This document shows positions 10,515-21,378 of a stretch of 64,000 bases of DNA, in pieces. The stretch comes from a virus, in the IMG/VR virus record IMGVR_UViG_3300033998_000095, positions 1-64,000 of that record. The stretch is one strand, 5' to 3'. Made by a program: the position numbers and the translations under genes. Every line of letters starts with the position of its first letter. Position 1 is the stretch's first letter. A model generated the notes under the pieces. That model made no database searches. It worked only from the letters and a program-made list of their open reading frames with translations, and was not told where the DNA came from.

Positions 10515-12485
10515 TTACGCCTCCATCACTATTGTAATATCATTATCGATACCATTTAATTGAGGCTTCAGAATCTCATTTAAAATAGAAGATGAAGTAA
10601 TAACTGATACAGTATCAAATACATTTGACATCGCATCAACAAAGCTTCCCAAATCTTTACCCATAGCAATGGTTCTTATTTCATTAGTTACGTTGGGATT
10701 ATTGCCAAATCTTTTAGCAAATTCTTCAGCAGCATGTTGTAGATACCTTTGAGCATCAATAGAATATTTGATTTGATTATCCAATATTATATCATTTTCT
10801 TTAATTCTTTTCAATGAAGATGCTACTATCGATTCTGGTGTTACTACCTCATTATTTATTATAGATGGTAGCTTATAACTTATTCCTCTTGTAATATTAG
10901 ATAATACTGATATTAAAGTTCCAATATTAGATCCACTTTCATTTATAAATCCACCCAATTCTCTGGTTAATATAGCTTGAATAATAGCTAATTCATTTAA
11001 AGTAGCATTTGGTACTTGTGAAAATAGATTATTGGTAAAATGCTGCATAGAAAATGGATTAAATACATCTTGAATCATAGATAACATTTTTCCTTCTAAA
11101 CCTGAGAATAATAAATTGTTTAACATATTCTTTCCAGATATAGTGAATTTACTAATATTGTTCATATTGAAATTCAATGGACTTCCATTTACAAAATCAT
11201 ATGTTATCATATTACCAGCTATATTTTTTATGTTATCTAATTTAAATATTGTATTAGTATAATCCGTTTTAATTGAAAGTGATTTTTGCAAACCATCAAA
11301 TCTAGCTGATACATTTGATAGTTTAGGATTATCTATTAATTTTTTCACATTAAAATCTTTAACTTGAGCAGATGGAATAGCTGGTTGTGAAATACTGCTA
11401 TAATTGGGTTGTATCATAGATGAAGCCACATCACTTGCTTCTTCAGCTGCAGATCCCATTTTAATATCATATTCTTTACTAAGTACTCTAGTAAATGTCT
11501 TTCCTTGTATTCTATTTTTATAGTTTCTAGACATATTAGTTATAAACTTTTCAGCAGATGGGAAGTCAGGATTCTCTGATCCAGATTGAACCATTACATT
11601 ATATAAATCTTGAATAGTAATAGATACTTCTATATGTCTAGGTACTTCATTAAAATTAAACTCATTAAGTGGTGCAGACCAAGATAAACTAGAAATACCA
11701 CCAAGTTTAACATCCATAATATTACCTAATCTGGCTGAAATATAAGGTGGTTCCAAATAAGATATATTATATCCACCTACAGGTAAAGACAATTTTAATA
11801 ACACTTCTAATGGTTGTATTATGTCTCTAAAATACATCTCACTATTTGGATCAGTAGCAAATGTTCTTAGATCGATAGTAAATGTCCATGACATAGTTGT
11901 GCTAGAATCTTCCCATATATTTGGGATATCTATTCTTCCACCACCAAGAAAAGTACGTGATACATCAGCACCCAATGCTGTATATAATTGTGCAGCATTA
12001 CCACCAATTCTTGTACCATATGTTTGTAATACATCTGTCATTTGTCTTATAAGTTCATCCAAATAAGCAACACCTACACCAGAGAATGCTTGACCAGTTG
12101 GACCTTTTGATACTAAGGCAAGTTGTCTTATTTCTCCAGCTGTATTAAGTCTAATTAAGTTAGCTAAATCTTGTTCTATATTAGATGCATAATAATTATT
12201 GGTATGAGAATATGAGATAGATGTATCAGGTATAACAGCAAATTGATATTCCTGACTTAACTTCTTAACGTTCATGGGTTTTGTTATATTTTCCCATTCA
12301 CATGCTGATGCTATAATATGAAGTATTGGGAAAGTAACTTCAAGAAATGATCTTGTATCAAAATATTCTCCATCTGTTTCTGCACCAATTGGTGGTAAAC
12401 CCATTATTCTATCTACTTTAGGAAATGTAATATCCTTTGAACTTTTAGCAGGTGATGATGATTTTGAAGAGTTTACAGTAGCCAA
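10515..12485 (-). CDS. putative baseplate/tail tube initiator-like structural protein
   Basis: 656 aa, immediately downstream of the tape measure gene; tube-fold-like N-half (IPNIWEDS..SWTFTIDL..PRHIEVSITIQDL). Confidence 0.4.
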   Translation of the reverse strand: MATVNSSKSSSPAKSSKDITFPKVDRIMGLPPIGAETDGEYFDTRSFLEVTFPILHIIASACEWENITKPMNVKKLSQEYQFAVIPDTSISYSHTNNYYASNIEQDLANLIRLNTAGEIRQLALVSKGPTGQAFSGVGVAYLDELIRQMTDVLQTYGTRIGGNAAQLYTALGADVSRTFLGGGRIDIPNIWEDSSTTMSWTFTIDLRTFATDPNSEMYFRDIIQPLEVLLKLSLPVGGYNISYLEPPYISARLGNIMDVKLGGISSLSWSAPLNEFNFNEVPRHIEVSITIQDLYNVMVQSGSENPDFPSAEKFITNMSRNYKNRIQGKTFTRVLSKEYDIKMGSAAEEASDVASSMIQPNYSSISQPAIPSAQVKDFNVKKLIDNPKLSNVSARFDGLQKSLSIKTDYTNTIFKLDNIKNIAGNMITYDFVNGSPLNFNMNNISKFTISGKNMLNNLLFSGLEGKMLSMIQDVFNPFSMQHFTNNLFSQVPNATLNELAIIQAILTRELGGFINESGSNIGTLISVLSNITRGISYKLPSIINNEVVTPESIVASSLKRIKENDIILDNQIKYSIDAQRYLQHAAEEFAKRFGNNPNVTNEIRTIAMGKDLGSFVDAMSNVFDTVSVITSSSILNEILKPQLNGIDNDITIVMEA

Positions 12486-12503
12486 TTAAGTATCACCTCT
12501 CTT

Positions 12504-15500
12504 TTATAATCCTAATTCATGTGAAAATATTGGAGCTGTAACCCAAGCAAATGCTGTATTATGATCATCATCTTTTGTTTGATTATTATTTGAAGTAACA
12601 TTAGAAGAATTCGTAGTTGGGCTATTAACTATAACTATATTGTTTCCAGCAGGCTGTTGTTTGTTATTTTGTTGTGCTTGAGATGTCCCAAGTCCAACAG
12701 TAGATACCTGTGTTGTTACTTCTTTAGTTTGTAATGATTGCATGGTATCTACTTGTGCTTTAACTGGTTTGACTAAATTTAGAGTGACTGCTCTTTCTTT
12801 TAGTTGAGCATCAGCCAAATTTACATCAGGAAGATATTTTGTTAAAATAGAATCTATAAAAGGCATTGGGTTTATGGTATCAGATGAACCTAATTTTCTA
12901 ACTTCAAAATGCAGATGAGGACCAGTTGATCTTCCTGTAGAACCTGATAAGGCTATTTTATAACCAGGATATACTACCTGCCCTGATTTAACTAATATTT
13001 TTGATAAATGTCCATACAATGTTCTTACATTTTCTTGAGGATGATCTATTATAACAGTATTACCATAACCATTTATCCATCCAGCTTTAGAAACTTTACC
13101 TGCTAATGGAGTATATATTGATGTACCATGTTTTACACCAATATCTACACCTTGGTGCTGACTGATCTCACCCTTTGAATTTACACGTGTTTCACCATAT
13201 TTGCTGGTAATTTTTTGACTGCCAAAATATAATTTTAATAATTGCTGACGTGTAATATCTGCTTTTAGTTTCTCTTTTTCAATAGTTGCTGCTTTTGATA
13301 TTTCAGGTGCTCCAGTTGTTTCTGCAACACCAATAGTGGCTAATGATTTAATAGTATTTATTTGTTCTACATTTCTCTTAACGATTCTTGGTTCATTGAT
13401 TACATTTGGTGCACCAATAGAAGCTAATCCTCGATAGTTTATCGTATATGCTAATGTATCAACAGACTCTTTAAAAACACCTACTGATTCACTAAAAGTA
13501 TTAGCAGCACTAACTTGGGTTTGAGCAGACCTATTTGCTAAATCCAAAACAGATTCTCGTGTTCTGCCCAATATTCCAGCTAATGTACCATATCCCTTTT
13601 CTCTTGCTATTTGGGTGATATCTGATAAAAATCCTGCAGCTTTATCTGTACCCATTAAACCAGATAGAAATGCACCCAAAGTAGATCCCATAGATGTTAT
13701 AAATCCACCAAATTGACCTTTTGCAAAGTCAAATATACCAACTAAAACATCAAATGCTGATCTAACTGCCTTTCCCACAGATTGAGCAAGTTCCATAATA
13801 TCAGTTTTGAATGCTCCACCTTTAAAGTATTCTGCAATCATAGTCATACGTTTTCCTTGTTCTTCTGCCTGCTCAATCATATTTTGGTAAAAGTTTGCTT
13901 GTTCTTCTTGCTGTTCTCTAACTGCAGCTACTTCACTAGCTGCAGTTTGTATAGTTGTTGCTTCTGCAATAGATCGACCAGTAAATGTTCTTTTAATGGC
14001 ATTCCAGCCCCATTTAAAGATTTCAATTATAGCATCTTTTATGCCACCTAAAATCTCTCCACCTATTTTAGCTGTAACACGTACATACTTGGGAATATTT
14101 TTTATAAAATTTATAACCGTATCAATTGTTCCAGTAACTAATTTCACCATTAATCCAGATACAGTATCCCTTAGAGAAGATGGCACATTGTTTTTTCCAC
14201 CAAATACTTTTGGTAATAATACATTACGAAAGAAAGATATACCTTCCATAAATAAAGGCAATGTCAGTGCTATACCAATGCCAATTGGACCTAATGTCAT
14301 TAAAGCACCTTTGGCAAATGGTAATATTTTACCTATTACACCAAATACAGTTTTACCTGCTGTTCCTATCACTCCACCAGCAGCACCTATACCACGACCA
14401 ACAGTCTTCATTCCTGAAAATGTTTTATTAATACCTGTTAATAAGATATCTGTTATATTATGCATCAAAGACATTACTTTAGTTTTGAATTGATTACTAG
14501 GTTTTACATTTTCAGGTAATGTTATTATCTTCTGAGTTTGACCTAAAATATTTTGAGCAGTATTGTTTACTATATCTACTTGCATAGTCTGTACAGTCTG
14601 TTTAACTTTTGGTGGGATAAATCCTGTTCTTCCTAATCTACCTGCTCTTGACACACCTCTACCAAAACCAAACATTACATTTCCTACTTCTCTGACACCA
14701 AAGATACCTGTAGATTGTAATATACCACCAATTGTTCTGAACAATCCACTAGTAAGAGACATTACAATAGCAGGTGCATTAATGTTTTTAGCATAAGCAG
14801 CACCAGCTTTTTCCATTGAAGCTAATATAGCACGTTGAGATTTAGATAATCCTTTTAAAAATGCTTGAGATCCCCATAACCCTCCACCAAAAACACCTTG
14901 TGTAAGGATATTCTTCATACCATATACTGCAAATACAATAGATATTACTTTAGTAATAGATGGAAGGGCAAATTTATGCCAGAATACATCTAATGCAGAT
15001 ATCATTTTCTCTTTAAAATAGTCTCCAATGGTTTGATTTTGTGGTATTTTAATTCCAATCATACTTAAACCAACTCTAGTAGCTGTAGACATAACATCAA
15101 CTATAGCAGATACAAAACCATTGTGTTTAAATAGATTTGCAAAAATAGGACCTAATACATAAGACATAGCTCTATAAGTCAAATATCCATAAAATAATTT
15201 ACCAAATAGAGATCTTGGTGATAAAAGATATCTAGCTATTTGAAATAGAGCAGTACCTACTTTCATGGTACTCTTTAAGACATCCTCTATCTTCTTTGTA
15301 AATGTAACTTTAAGATCTTTTAATCCAGTTACTTGTTGTTCAGCATATCTTTCTAACTTTTTAAGATTAAGCTGTTTCCTTAATTCTTCTGTTGTTGTTG
15401 AATATGGTTTTAATACATCTTTTAAAACATCACGCATATTATCTGTGGATACTGGTCTATATGTGAGTATAGTTAAAAGTACATTCTTCATATCTGCTAA

Positions 15501-16235
15501 ATGTCTGGTGATAATATCCATTTTACTTAAAACAATTTTCTCATATGCTTGTTTAATCTTATTATTAGCTATTGTTAATGTTTTTATATTCATAAATAAC
15601 GTATCAAAATAATAAGGTGTCATCATTATGGTTTTGTATAATTCAAAAGTGAGGGGCATTGGTTTCATTCTACCCTTAAATTCAATAGCTTCATAGCCAA
15701 TAAAACCTCTAAGAAATTTAATGTTACCCAGTAACCTAACCAATGCCATTTCAGCAGCCTCTGCTGCTGTTTTAGAAGAGATAAGCTCTTGCATTCTTAG
15801 AATATTTTTTCTAAAGTTTTCTCCAAAAACACCCAAAAATCCACTTAATCTAAATGTTATCTTAGTAAAATTACTATCCAGTTGTTTTTGTAAGTCTATT
15901 TGATATTTGAAAACAGAATTAATTGTTGTATTTAAAGTATGCATCTCTTTATATAATGATTCTAATCTTACAACCAATGATACCTGTAATTTTTCCAATA
16001 AAGAGTGCGTTTTTCTATGCGCACTTTCAATTCTATTAGTCATTACAGCTAATGCATCCATTAATTTAGCAAATTGTTGATCACTATTAGCATAACCATT
16101 TGAAATAGTTGGAAGATTGGAAATTACAGATGCTTGATTTTGTTGTCTAGGTCTCTGAGATGCATTTGTCTGTAAATTAGCTACATCTCTTATAGACCCA
16201 GTTAAATTAAGTTTGATTTCCTCTTCATTGGGCAT
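12504..16235 (-). CDS. tape measure protein with C-terminal M23 peptidase
   Basis: 1243 aa; helical, Gly/Ala-rich with hydrophobic segments; M23 motifs HQGVDIG, YGHL, STGPHLHFEV. Confidence 0.85.
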   Translation of the reverse strand: MPNEEEIKLNLTGSIRDVANLQTNASQRPRQQNQASVISNLPTISNGYANSDQQFAKLMDALAVMTNRIESAHRKTHSLLEKLQVSLVVRLESLYKEMHTLNTTINSVFKYQIDLQKQLDSNFTKITFRLSGFLGVFGENFRKNILRMQELISSKTAAEAAEMALVRLLGNIKFLRGFIGYEAIEFKGRMKPMPLTFELYKTIMMTPYYFDTLFMNIKTLTIANNKIKQAYEKIVLSKMDIITRHLADMKNVLLTILTYRPVSTDNMRDVLKDVLKPYSTTTEELRKQLNLKKLERYAEQQVTGLKDLKVTFTKKIEDVLKSTMKVGTALFQIARYLLSPRSLFGKLFYGYLTYRAMSYVLGPIFANLFKHNGFVSAIVDVMSTATRVGLSMIGIKIPQNQTIGDYFKEKMISALDVFWHKFALPSITKVISIVFAVYGMKNILTQGVFGGGLWGSQAFLKGLSKSQRAILASMEKAGAAYAKNINAPAIVMSLTSGLFRTIGGILQSTGIFGVREVGNVMFGFGRGVSRAGRLGRTGFIPPKVKQTVQTMQVDIVNNTAQNILGQTQKIITLPENVKPSNQFKTKVMSLMHNITDILLTGINKTFSGMKTVGRGIGAAGGVIGTAGKTVFGVIGKILPFAKGALMTLGPIGIGIALTLPLFMEGISFFRNVLLPKVFGGKNNVPSSLRDTVSGLMVKLVTGTIDTVINFIKNIPKYVRVTAKIGGEILGGIKDAIIEIFKWGWNAIKRTFTGRSIAEATTIQTAASEVAAVREQQEEQANFYQNMIEQAEEQGKRMTMIAEYFKGGAFKTDIMELAQSVGKAVRSAFDVLVGIFDFAKGQFGGFITSMGSTLGAFLSGLMGTDKAAGFLSDITQIAREKGYGTLAGILGRTRESVLDLANRSAQTQVSAANTFSESVGVFKESVDTLAYTINYRGLASIGAPNVINEPRIVKRNVEQINTIKSLATIGVAETTGAPEISKAATIEKEKLKADITRQQLLKLYFGSQKITSKYGETRVNSKGEISQHQGVDIGVKHGTSIYTPLAGKVSKAGWINGYGNTVIIDHPQENVRTLYGHLSKILVKSGQVVYPGYKIALSGSTGRSTGPHLHFEVRKLGSSDTINPMPFIDSILTKYLPDVNLADAQLKERAVTLNLVKPVKAQVDTMQSLQTKEVTTQVSTVGLGTSQAQQNNKQQPAGNNIVIVNSPTTNSSNVTSNNNQTKDDDHNTAFAWVTAPIFSHELGL

Positions 16236-16242
16236 CTATGTT

Positions 16243-17271
16243 CTACCTCTTCCATAAAATTAGTAAAATACATAACATTAATATTAAATCTCTATGTGAT
16301 TGTGTTACATTATCCACATTCAATGATTTCAGTATATCATCAGTCAATGCTATATAATCATCTTTTTTATTTATTCTTTTCAACAACGTAAAGGGATCCA
16401 TATCTCTAATCCTATCTATAGAATCATAATCAACTAAGAGTTTAGCTACTATACTCTTAAGTAACTCATGTATATCTGTATTGTTTTCCATATCAAATAA
16501 TATGCTTTCTATTTCTAATTGCGTTAATTGTGTGATATTAGATAAATAAGATATTACCTGAGATGATGTAATAACTTCTGATAAATTTTGTACTATATCT
16601 TCTGCTTTCTCCATAACATCGGGTGTTTGTTTTGATATAGACATATTCTGATAGTATTTACTAGCTATTGCTTTTAACGATTGATTTAATTTATTTCGTA
16701 TATCTATCAAGAATCTATAATAATAATATGGGTTTATTTCTTTTATCATATCATCCTTATACTTATCTAATGTTTCATCAGCAATTTTTAAAACAAGCCC
16801 TGAAAAACCATATTTACCTGCTACTGATAATCCATGAAGGTTGCTAAGAGTATATTTAAGAACTTCTGGATTACATGACTGAAAATACTTTTTCTTAAGA
16901 TAACTTATTGTAAAACAAGCATACAATCTAGCAGTAGCATATGCATCATCTATTCTATTGTGTGCTAAGAATGCTAATATATATAAAACTAGGAGATTGT
17001 ATAATGGATTAGTTATAACATATCCCAAAGCTGGAGCATTTAACAAACTGCTTTGCTGTTTAAACTGTGCAGTTAAATATGATTTAAATTCTTCTTCAGT
17101 TATTCCTGCAGTTTGTAATAAAGTAGAATATATATTCTTACTAATTAAATAAAGACCACATGGTTGATCAATCGTGCTCATAGCTGTTGTTATATTTTTG
17201 CCTATATATTCAGCCATCTGTTCTACATTGGGCGACATTTTGGTTAAGATATCCAATAATTGCTTATCCAA
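16243..17271 (-). CDS. hypothetical protein of the tail module
   Basis: 342-aa ORF; SD + TTG start; operon context. Confidence 0.6.
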   Translation of the reverse strand: MDKQLLDILTKMSPNVEQMAEYIGKNITTAMSTIDQPCGLYLISKNIYSTLLQTAGITEEEFKSYLTAQFKQQSSLLNAPALGYVITNPLYNLLVLYILAFLAHNRIDDAYATARLYACFTISYLKKKYFQSCNPEVLKYTLSNLHGLSVAGKYGFSGLVLKIADETLDKYKDDMIKEINPYYYYRFLIDIRNKLNQSLKAIASKYYQNMSISKQTPDVMEKAEDIVQNLSEVITSSQVISYLSNITQLTQLEIESILFDMENNTDIHELLKSIVAKLLVDYDSIDRIRDMDPFTLLKRINKKDDYIALTDDILKSLNVDNVTQSHRDLILMLCILLILWKR

Positions 17272-17286
17272 TTATTATCTCCCTCT

Positions 17287-20200
17287 TTAATCAATCATAT
17301 TTGTCTCAATTTCAATTTTATCTTTAGAAAACCATATAAATTCAGGACAATATTTGTATACTATATCTCTATATGTGGATGGTATATTCTCAATGTCAAA
17401 ATCATATACTATATCTTGAGTTGGTTCCAATATTTCACAAAATTCAACATCATCAACAACATCATGAAGATATCTTGCCATCTCAGATCTATAAATATTA
17501 CTATGAAAACCAGCCTTTAGAGTTAAGAATGTATATAACACATTTTTACATTCAGATATAACTGAATTGATAGATAATCCACTCTTACGTTTGACATATA
17601 TTCTTACTTTGATCTTTGGTGGTATTTCTATTGCAAATGTATCTGGATAAGTTATAACAGCTTTAGAATTATATAAATTAAGTTGCATATTATTAGAATA
17701 ACCAGATGTTTTGACAAACTTTATATTAATATTATCAGTTAGCATTTTATACTCACTTAATGCTGTTGAAAACTTTGCTAATTGATTCAATATTAATTCA
17801 TCTATAACATCTTTTTTGGCATCATAATACTCCTGTTTTATGACTGGAACACCAAATACATATTGTACTCCATCTGATGCTACTGCTATATTACTATGGC
17901 ATATATTTGTTACTTCCTGTTTAAGTACAACTGATTGTTTATATGATGCAAAAAACTCACCTTTATAATATATATTAATATCAAATGTGATTAAACCAGG
18001 TTGTATTATATTTGTATTGATATTATCAGTTTCAAATACAGCCAGTCCTTCAGGAGTATCCCCAATCAAATGAAGAGAATATGTTTGCTCTGCTATATTC
18101 AAATGTAAAGAGATATTCATACTACTATTCTCTGGTAATTTACTTACATTGCATATAAACTTATAAAACTTATTATCAGGTGTGCTTTTAATTTGAATAG
18201 AATTCAAACCAATATGCACCAATTCTATTTGAGGAGTATCACTCTCTTCAACAGCTGCACTTATTGTATTAGATATTATACGTTTTCCATTAGATAATAT
18301 CTCTATATCACCAGAAAATTGATGTAAATTACCAAGTTCATATGTTATATCTATAGTCCAATGTAAATCACCAACAACAAAATCATCTAGTGGTATGTTA
18401 TCTGTAATAAATGTAAATCTATCAATCTGAGCAGTATTTAAATGCATAGTATAATCTCTATTATTGATATGCAATGTTACTGATAATTTAGTAGTATCTA
18501 TATTTGATGCCAAATTTAATATATCTACTGAAAACATACATTTATCTTCTAAGCCCGCTAAGTATTTAAAATCCAATGTATAAACATTAAACATAGCTGG
18601 AGTTGGTACATTAGAAGATGTAGCATTTGAAACAATATCTGTATCTATAGGTAATCCAGATTTAAATAATGTAATACTGCCTCTGTATGTATTATAAAAA
18701 CTAGTTGCATATAGATCTTCCCAATAATTAGGATCAGCTAAAGATTTATTAACATTATTATCAGCAAGAGATATATAAGTTCTATTATTATAATTTACAA
18801 CATCATTAATAGAATATACATAAGTTGGATTATATATGCCTTTAAAGTTCCAATTTCTTTTTAGATCATCAAAGTATAAATACAGATACCACATCTGAAC
18901 TCCTGTATTTATAATATATGATTCATAGTCTATATAATTGGAACTGAATATACATGTAGTATTATCATCATATACTTTAGTTAATGTTAATGGAATTCGA
19001 TAATTGTTCCCTATTTGAAACTCAGCATGAATCTTATCAGCAGTCATATCTGTAAGCTTATATACTTCTGTTGTAATAGACATTTGATGTGTATTTGGAT
19101 ATAAATATACAGATATTGTTCTTGCACCCATTAATATATCTTCATGCTCACTTTTAAATGCTAGGCTAGGTGATACTTTTAAATTATTCAGATTATAGAA
19201 ATATCGTGCCAATGGTATATCATAATTATCATCATATTCTATTTTAAAAGGAGAGACATAAGAAATATTATCATACGTTAAAACAGAACCCTGTTCTATT
19301 ACATTATTTATATTATCCATTTGAACAGGAATAGAAGCAGTTGGCATTGGAACTTTATCACTATCATATTTGACTATATAAAGAGTGATTTCATTGCCAT
19401 AGACATCTCTTCTCTGTAATACAGGTAAAGCTATTAAATCTGTAATACCTGTTACTCCTTGAAACCCTTTATAATCCTTTTCAGTTACCAATCTTTTTGC
19501 TGCTGATATATTCTCTATAATATGTTTTTTTACTTCTTCCAATGTTTCACCATTGGAACCATTCATAATAGGTAATGGATTATAACTTATGACATTAACT
19601 ATATCACCAGATATACCATCTATTACACGATCAGCCAATTGGGCTGTATTGGCTGCTATATTTCCTTCTGCACCAAGAGTGGAATATATAGTTATTAATG
19701 CTTGTGCTCCATTATGTGGAAGATATCCATGAATACCATTACCAAATCTGACAACTAGACTTCCTTCAGATTGATTCATCATTAGTTCATATACTTTATC
19801 TGATGATGATGCTATATAAATGGAGTTGATTGGTTTATATAATTCTCCACCAACATTAACTACTACATCATATATATAACCTTTAAATCCAGATATTGGT
19901 TCATCATAAAACTTATATAATTGAGTATTTTCAAAAGTAAAAGAATGTGTATATATTTCTAATTGTTGTATTTCTACATCAAAAACAAGACTTGGTTGTC
20001 CTGAACTAATTTCTATATTATATGTTACTGGAGTAACTATACCAGTAGCAATATCTTCCTTTATAATTTCTATAGTTGTAGAATCTTTTGTAACATAATA
20101 ATTATGAATTACTTTATATGCAGCACTTTCTGAGGTAACATTAGAACCTGCTGGAATCTTAATTTTCATATCACCAGAAGCTAAGGGAATAACCACTTTC

Positions 20201-20505
20201 AATGTGCCTGAAGCTGGTACTACATTTTGGATTTTATAATCTAATTGTGCAGCAATATTATATACTGTAGATGGTAACGTTGCTCTTATTAAAAATGCTT
20301 CATTGTACGCTAGTGCATTTTGAAATAACATATCTGAAGTCAGATATGTTAATGCTTGGATAAAGTACCCTAAAAAGCCAGATTCATACAAGTCTATATT
20401 TTTTAATTGAAAATATTCATCAGTTAAATCAACTAAACTCTTTTTAATATCATAAGGATCAAATGTTGGTAGATTTCTCGCATCTATAGCCAAATTAATG
20501 CACAC
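17287..20505 (-). CDS. baseplate wedge subunit (T4 gp6/baseplate J-like)
   Basis: EAFLIRATLPSTVYNIA, VRFGNGIHG, STLGAEGN, GSNGETLEEVK, RLVTEKDY motifs. Confidence 0.85.
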   Translation of the reverse strand: MCINLAIDARNLPTFDPYDIKKSLVDLTDEYFQLKNIDLYESGFLGYFIQALTYLTSDMLFQNALAYNEAFLIRATLPSTVYNIAAQLDYKIQNVVPASGTLKVVIPLASGDMKIKIPAGSNVTSESAAYKVIHNYYVTKDSTTIEIIKEDIATGIVTPVTYNIEISSGQPSLVFDVEIQQLEIYTHSFTFENTQLYKFYDEPISGFKGYIYDVVVNVGGELYKPINSIYIASSSDKVYELMMNQSEGSLVVRFGNGIHGYLPHNGAQALITIYSTLGAEGNIAANTAQLADRVIDGISGDIVNVISYNPLPIMNGSNGETLEEVKKHIIENISAAKRLVTEKDYKGFQGVTGITDLIALPVLQRRDVYGNEITLYIVKYDSDKVPMPTASIPVQMDNINNVIEQGSVLTYDNISYVSPFKIEYDDNYDIPLARYFYNLNNLKVSPSLAFKSEHEDILMGARTISVYLYPNTHQMSITTEVYKLTDMTADKIHAEFQIGNNYRIPLTLTKVYDDNTTCIFSSNYIDYESYIINTGVQMWYLYLYFDDLKRNWNFKGIYNPTYVYSINDVVNYNNRTYISLADNNVNKSLADPNYWEDLYATSFYNTYRGSITLFKSGLPIDTDIVSNATSSNVPTPAMFNVYTLDFKYLAGLEDKCMFSVDILNLASNIDTTKLSVTLHINNRDYTMHLNTAQIDRFTFITDNIPLDDFVVGDLHWTIDITYELGNLHQFSGDIEILSNGKRIISNTISAAVEESDTPQIELVHIGLNSIQIKSTPDNKFYKFICNVSKLPENSSMNISLHLNIAEQTYSLHLIGDTPEGLAVFETDNINTNIIQPGLITFDINIYYKGEFFASYKQSVVLKQEVTNICHSNIAVASDGVQYVFGVPVIKQEYYDAKKDVIDELILNQLAKFSTALSEYKMLTDNINIKFVKTSGYSNNMQLNLYNSKAVITYPDTFAIEIPPKIKVRIYVKRKSGLSINSVISECKNVLYTFLTLKAGFHSNIYRSEMARYLHDVVDDVEFCEILEPTQDIVYDFDIENIPSTYRDIVYKYCPEFIWFSKDKIEIETNMID

Positions 20506-20541
20506 CTCTTTATATAAATATTATAATACAAAAATATATTT

Positions 20542-20603
20542 GGAGAAGAAGTATTCTTGTTTCTCCTTCAAATAAGAATGGATATTGAGAATACTTCTTC
20601 TCC
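20542..20603. terminator. 16-bp inverted repeat (30-nt loop) downstream of the tail tube gene
   Basis: ggagaagaagtattct / agaatacttcttctcc, T-rich tract downstream on the minus strand. Confidence 0.6.
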
Positions 20604-20641
20604 TGATACAGTTAATCAAAAAGATTAAAACCTATATTAAC

Positions 20642-21340
20642 TTATATACCACCAGTTGCCTCCTCATACATCGCATCAATAGCAGTAATAGAAGCAGCCA
20701 CTGTGCTTTGAACCAAACTCTGTGCAGTATATATTGCCTGTTCACCAGTATACATCATATCAAAACTAAATTCAATCTCTGGTTCTACTTTTTCTTGAGT
20801 AGTTCTATCACTAGAGAAAGAATCAGTTGGTATCTTAAGAGGATATACTCCAGTAAAGGCAGCAGCATATTGAACTGTCCTAGCGTCTGGTAGAGTTGTA
20901 GCATAAATACATTTACCTTTATAATCCACCTGTGAAGCTGAACCTATAGATGGATCAGCTATACCATATATTACATTTCTAAATATGGTTACCCATTTAC
21001 CCATTATTTGGGTTATAGGTAGTCCAGCAAATTCAACAAATCTCACTGTAAATCTCTTGTTATCATATTCAACAGTACCTGGTACTGACCAAGACATATT
21101 GTTTGTACCATTGTATTCAATTGGATTAACAGTAATTCCTGGTACAGTAACTGATTGACATACAGTAGTTAGAAATTTACCAACTTCTGCTGACAATGCA
21201 GATGGCAGTTTAGTAAAAAATAGAAAATGATAACCTGTTTGATAGGGATCTATTGCAGTTGCATGATCACCAAACATACCCCTCAACTGATCAGGCCACC
21301 TATATTTATCAAATGATCCCATTACAAAAGGATTTGGCAT
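20642..21340 (-). CDS. tail tube protein
   Basis: CQSVTVPG, PGTVEY, FTGVYP, EIEFSFD pattern of gp19-like tube proteins; strong SD; followed by a terminator. Confidence 0.75.
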   Translation of the reverse strand: MPNPFVMGSFDKYRWPDQLRGMFGDHATAIDPYQTGYHFLFFTKLPSALSAEVGKFLTTVCQSVTVPGITVNPIEYNGTNNMSWSVPGTVEYDNKRFTVRFVEFAGLPITQIMGKWVTIFRNVIYGIADPSIGSASQVDYKGKCIYATTLPDARTVQYAAAFTGVYPLKIPTDSFSSDRTTQEKVEPEIEFSFDMMYTGEQAIYTAQSLVQSTVAASITAIDAMYEEATGGI

Positions 21341-21378
21341 TAGTTATTACCTCCTAAGTATTCTTTTTTCTAAGAATG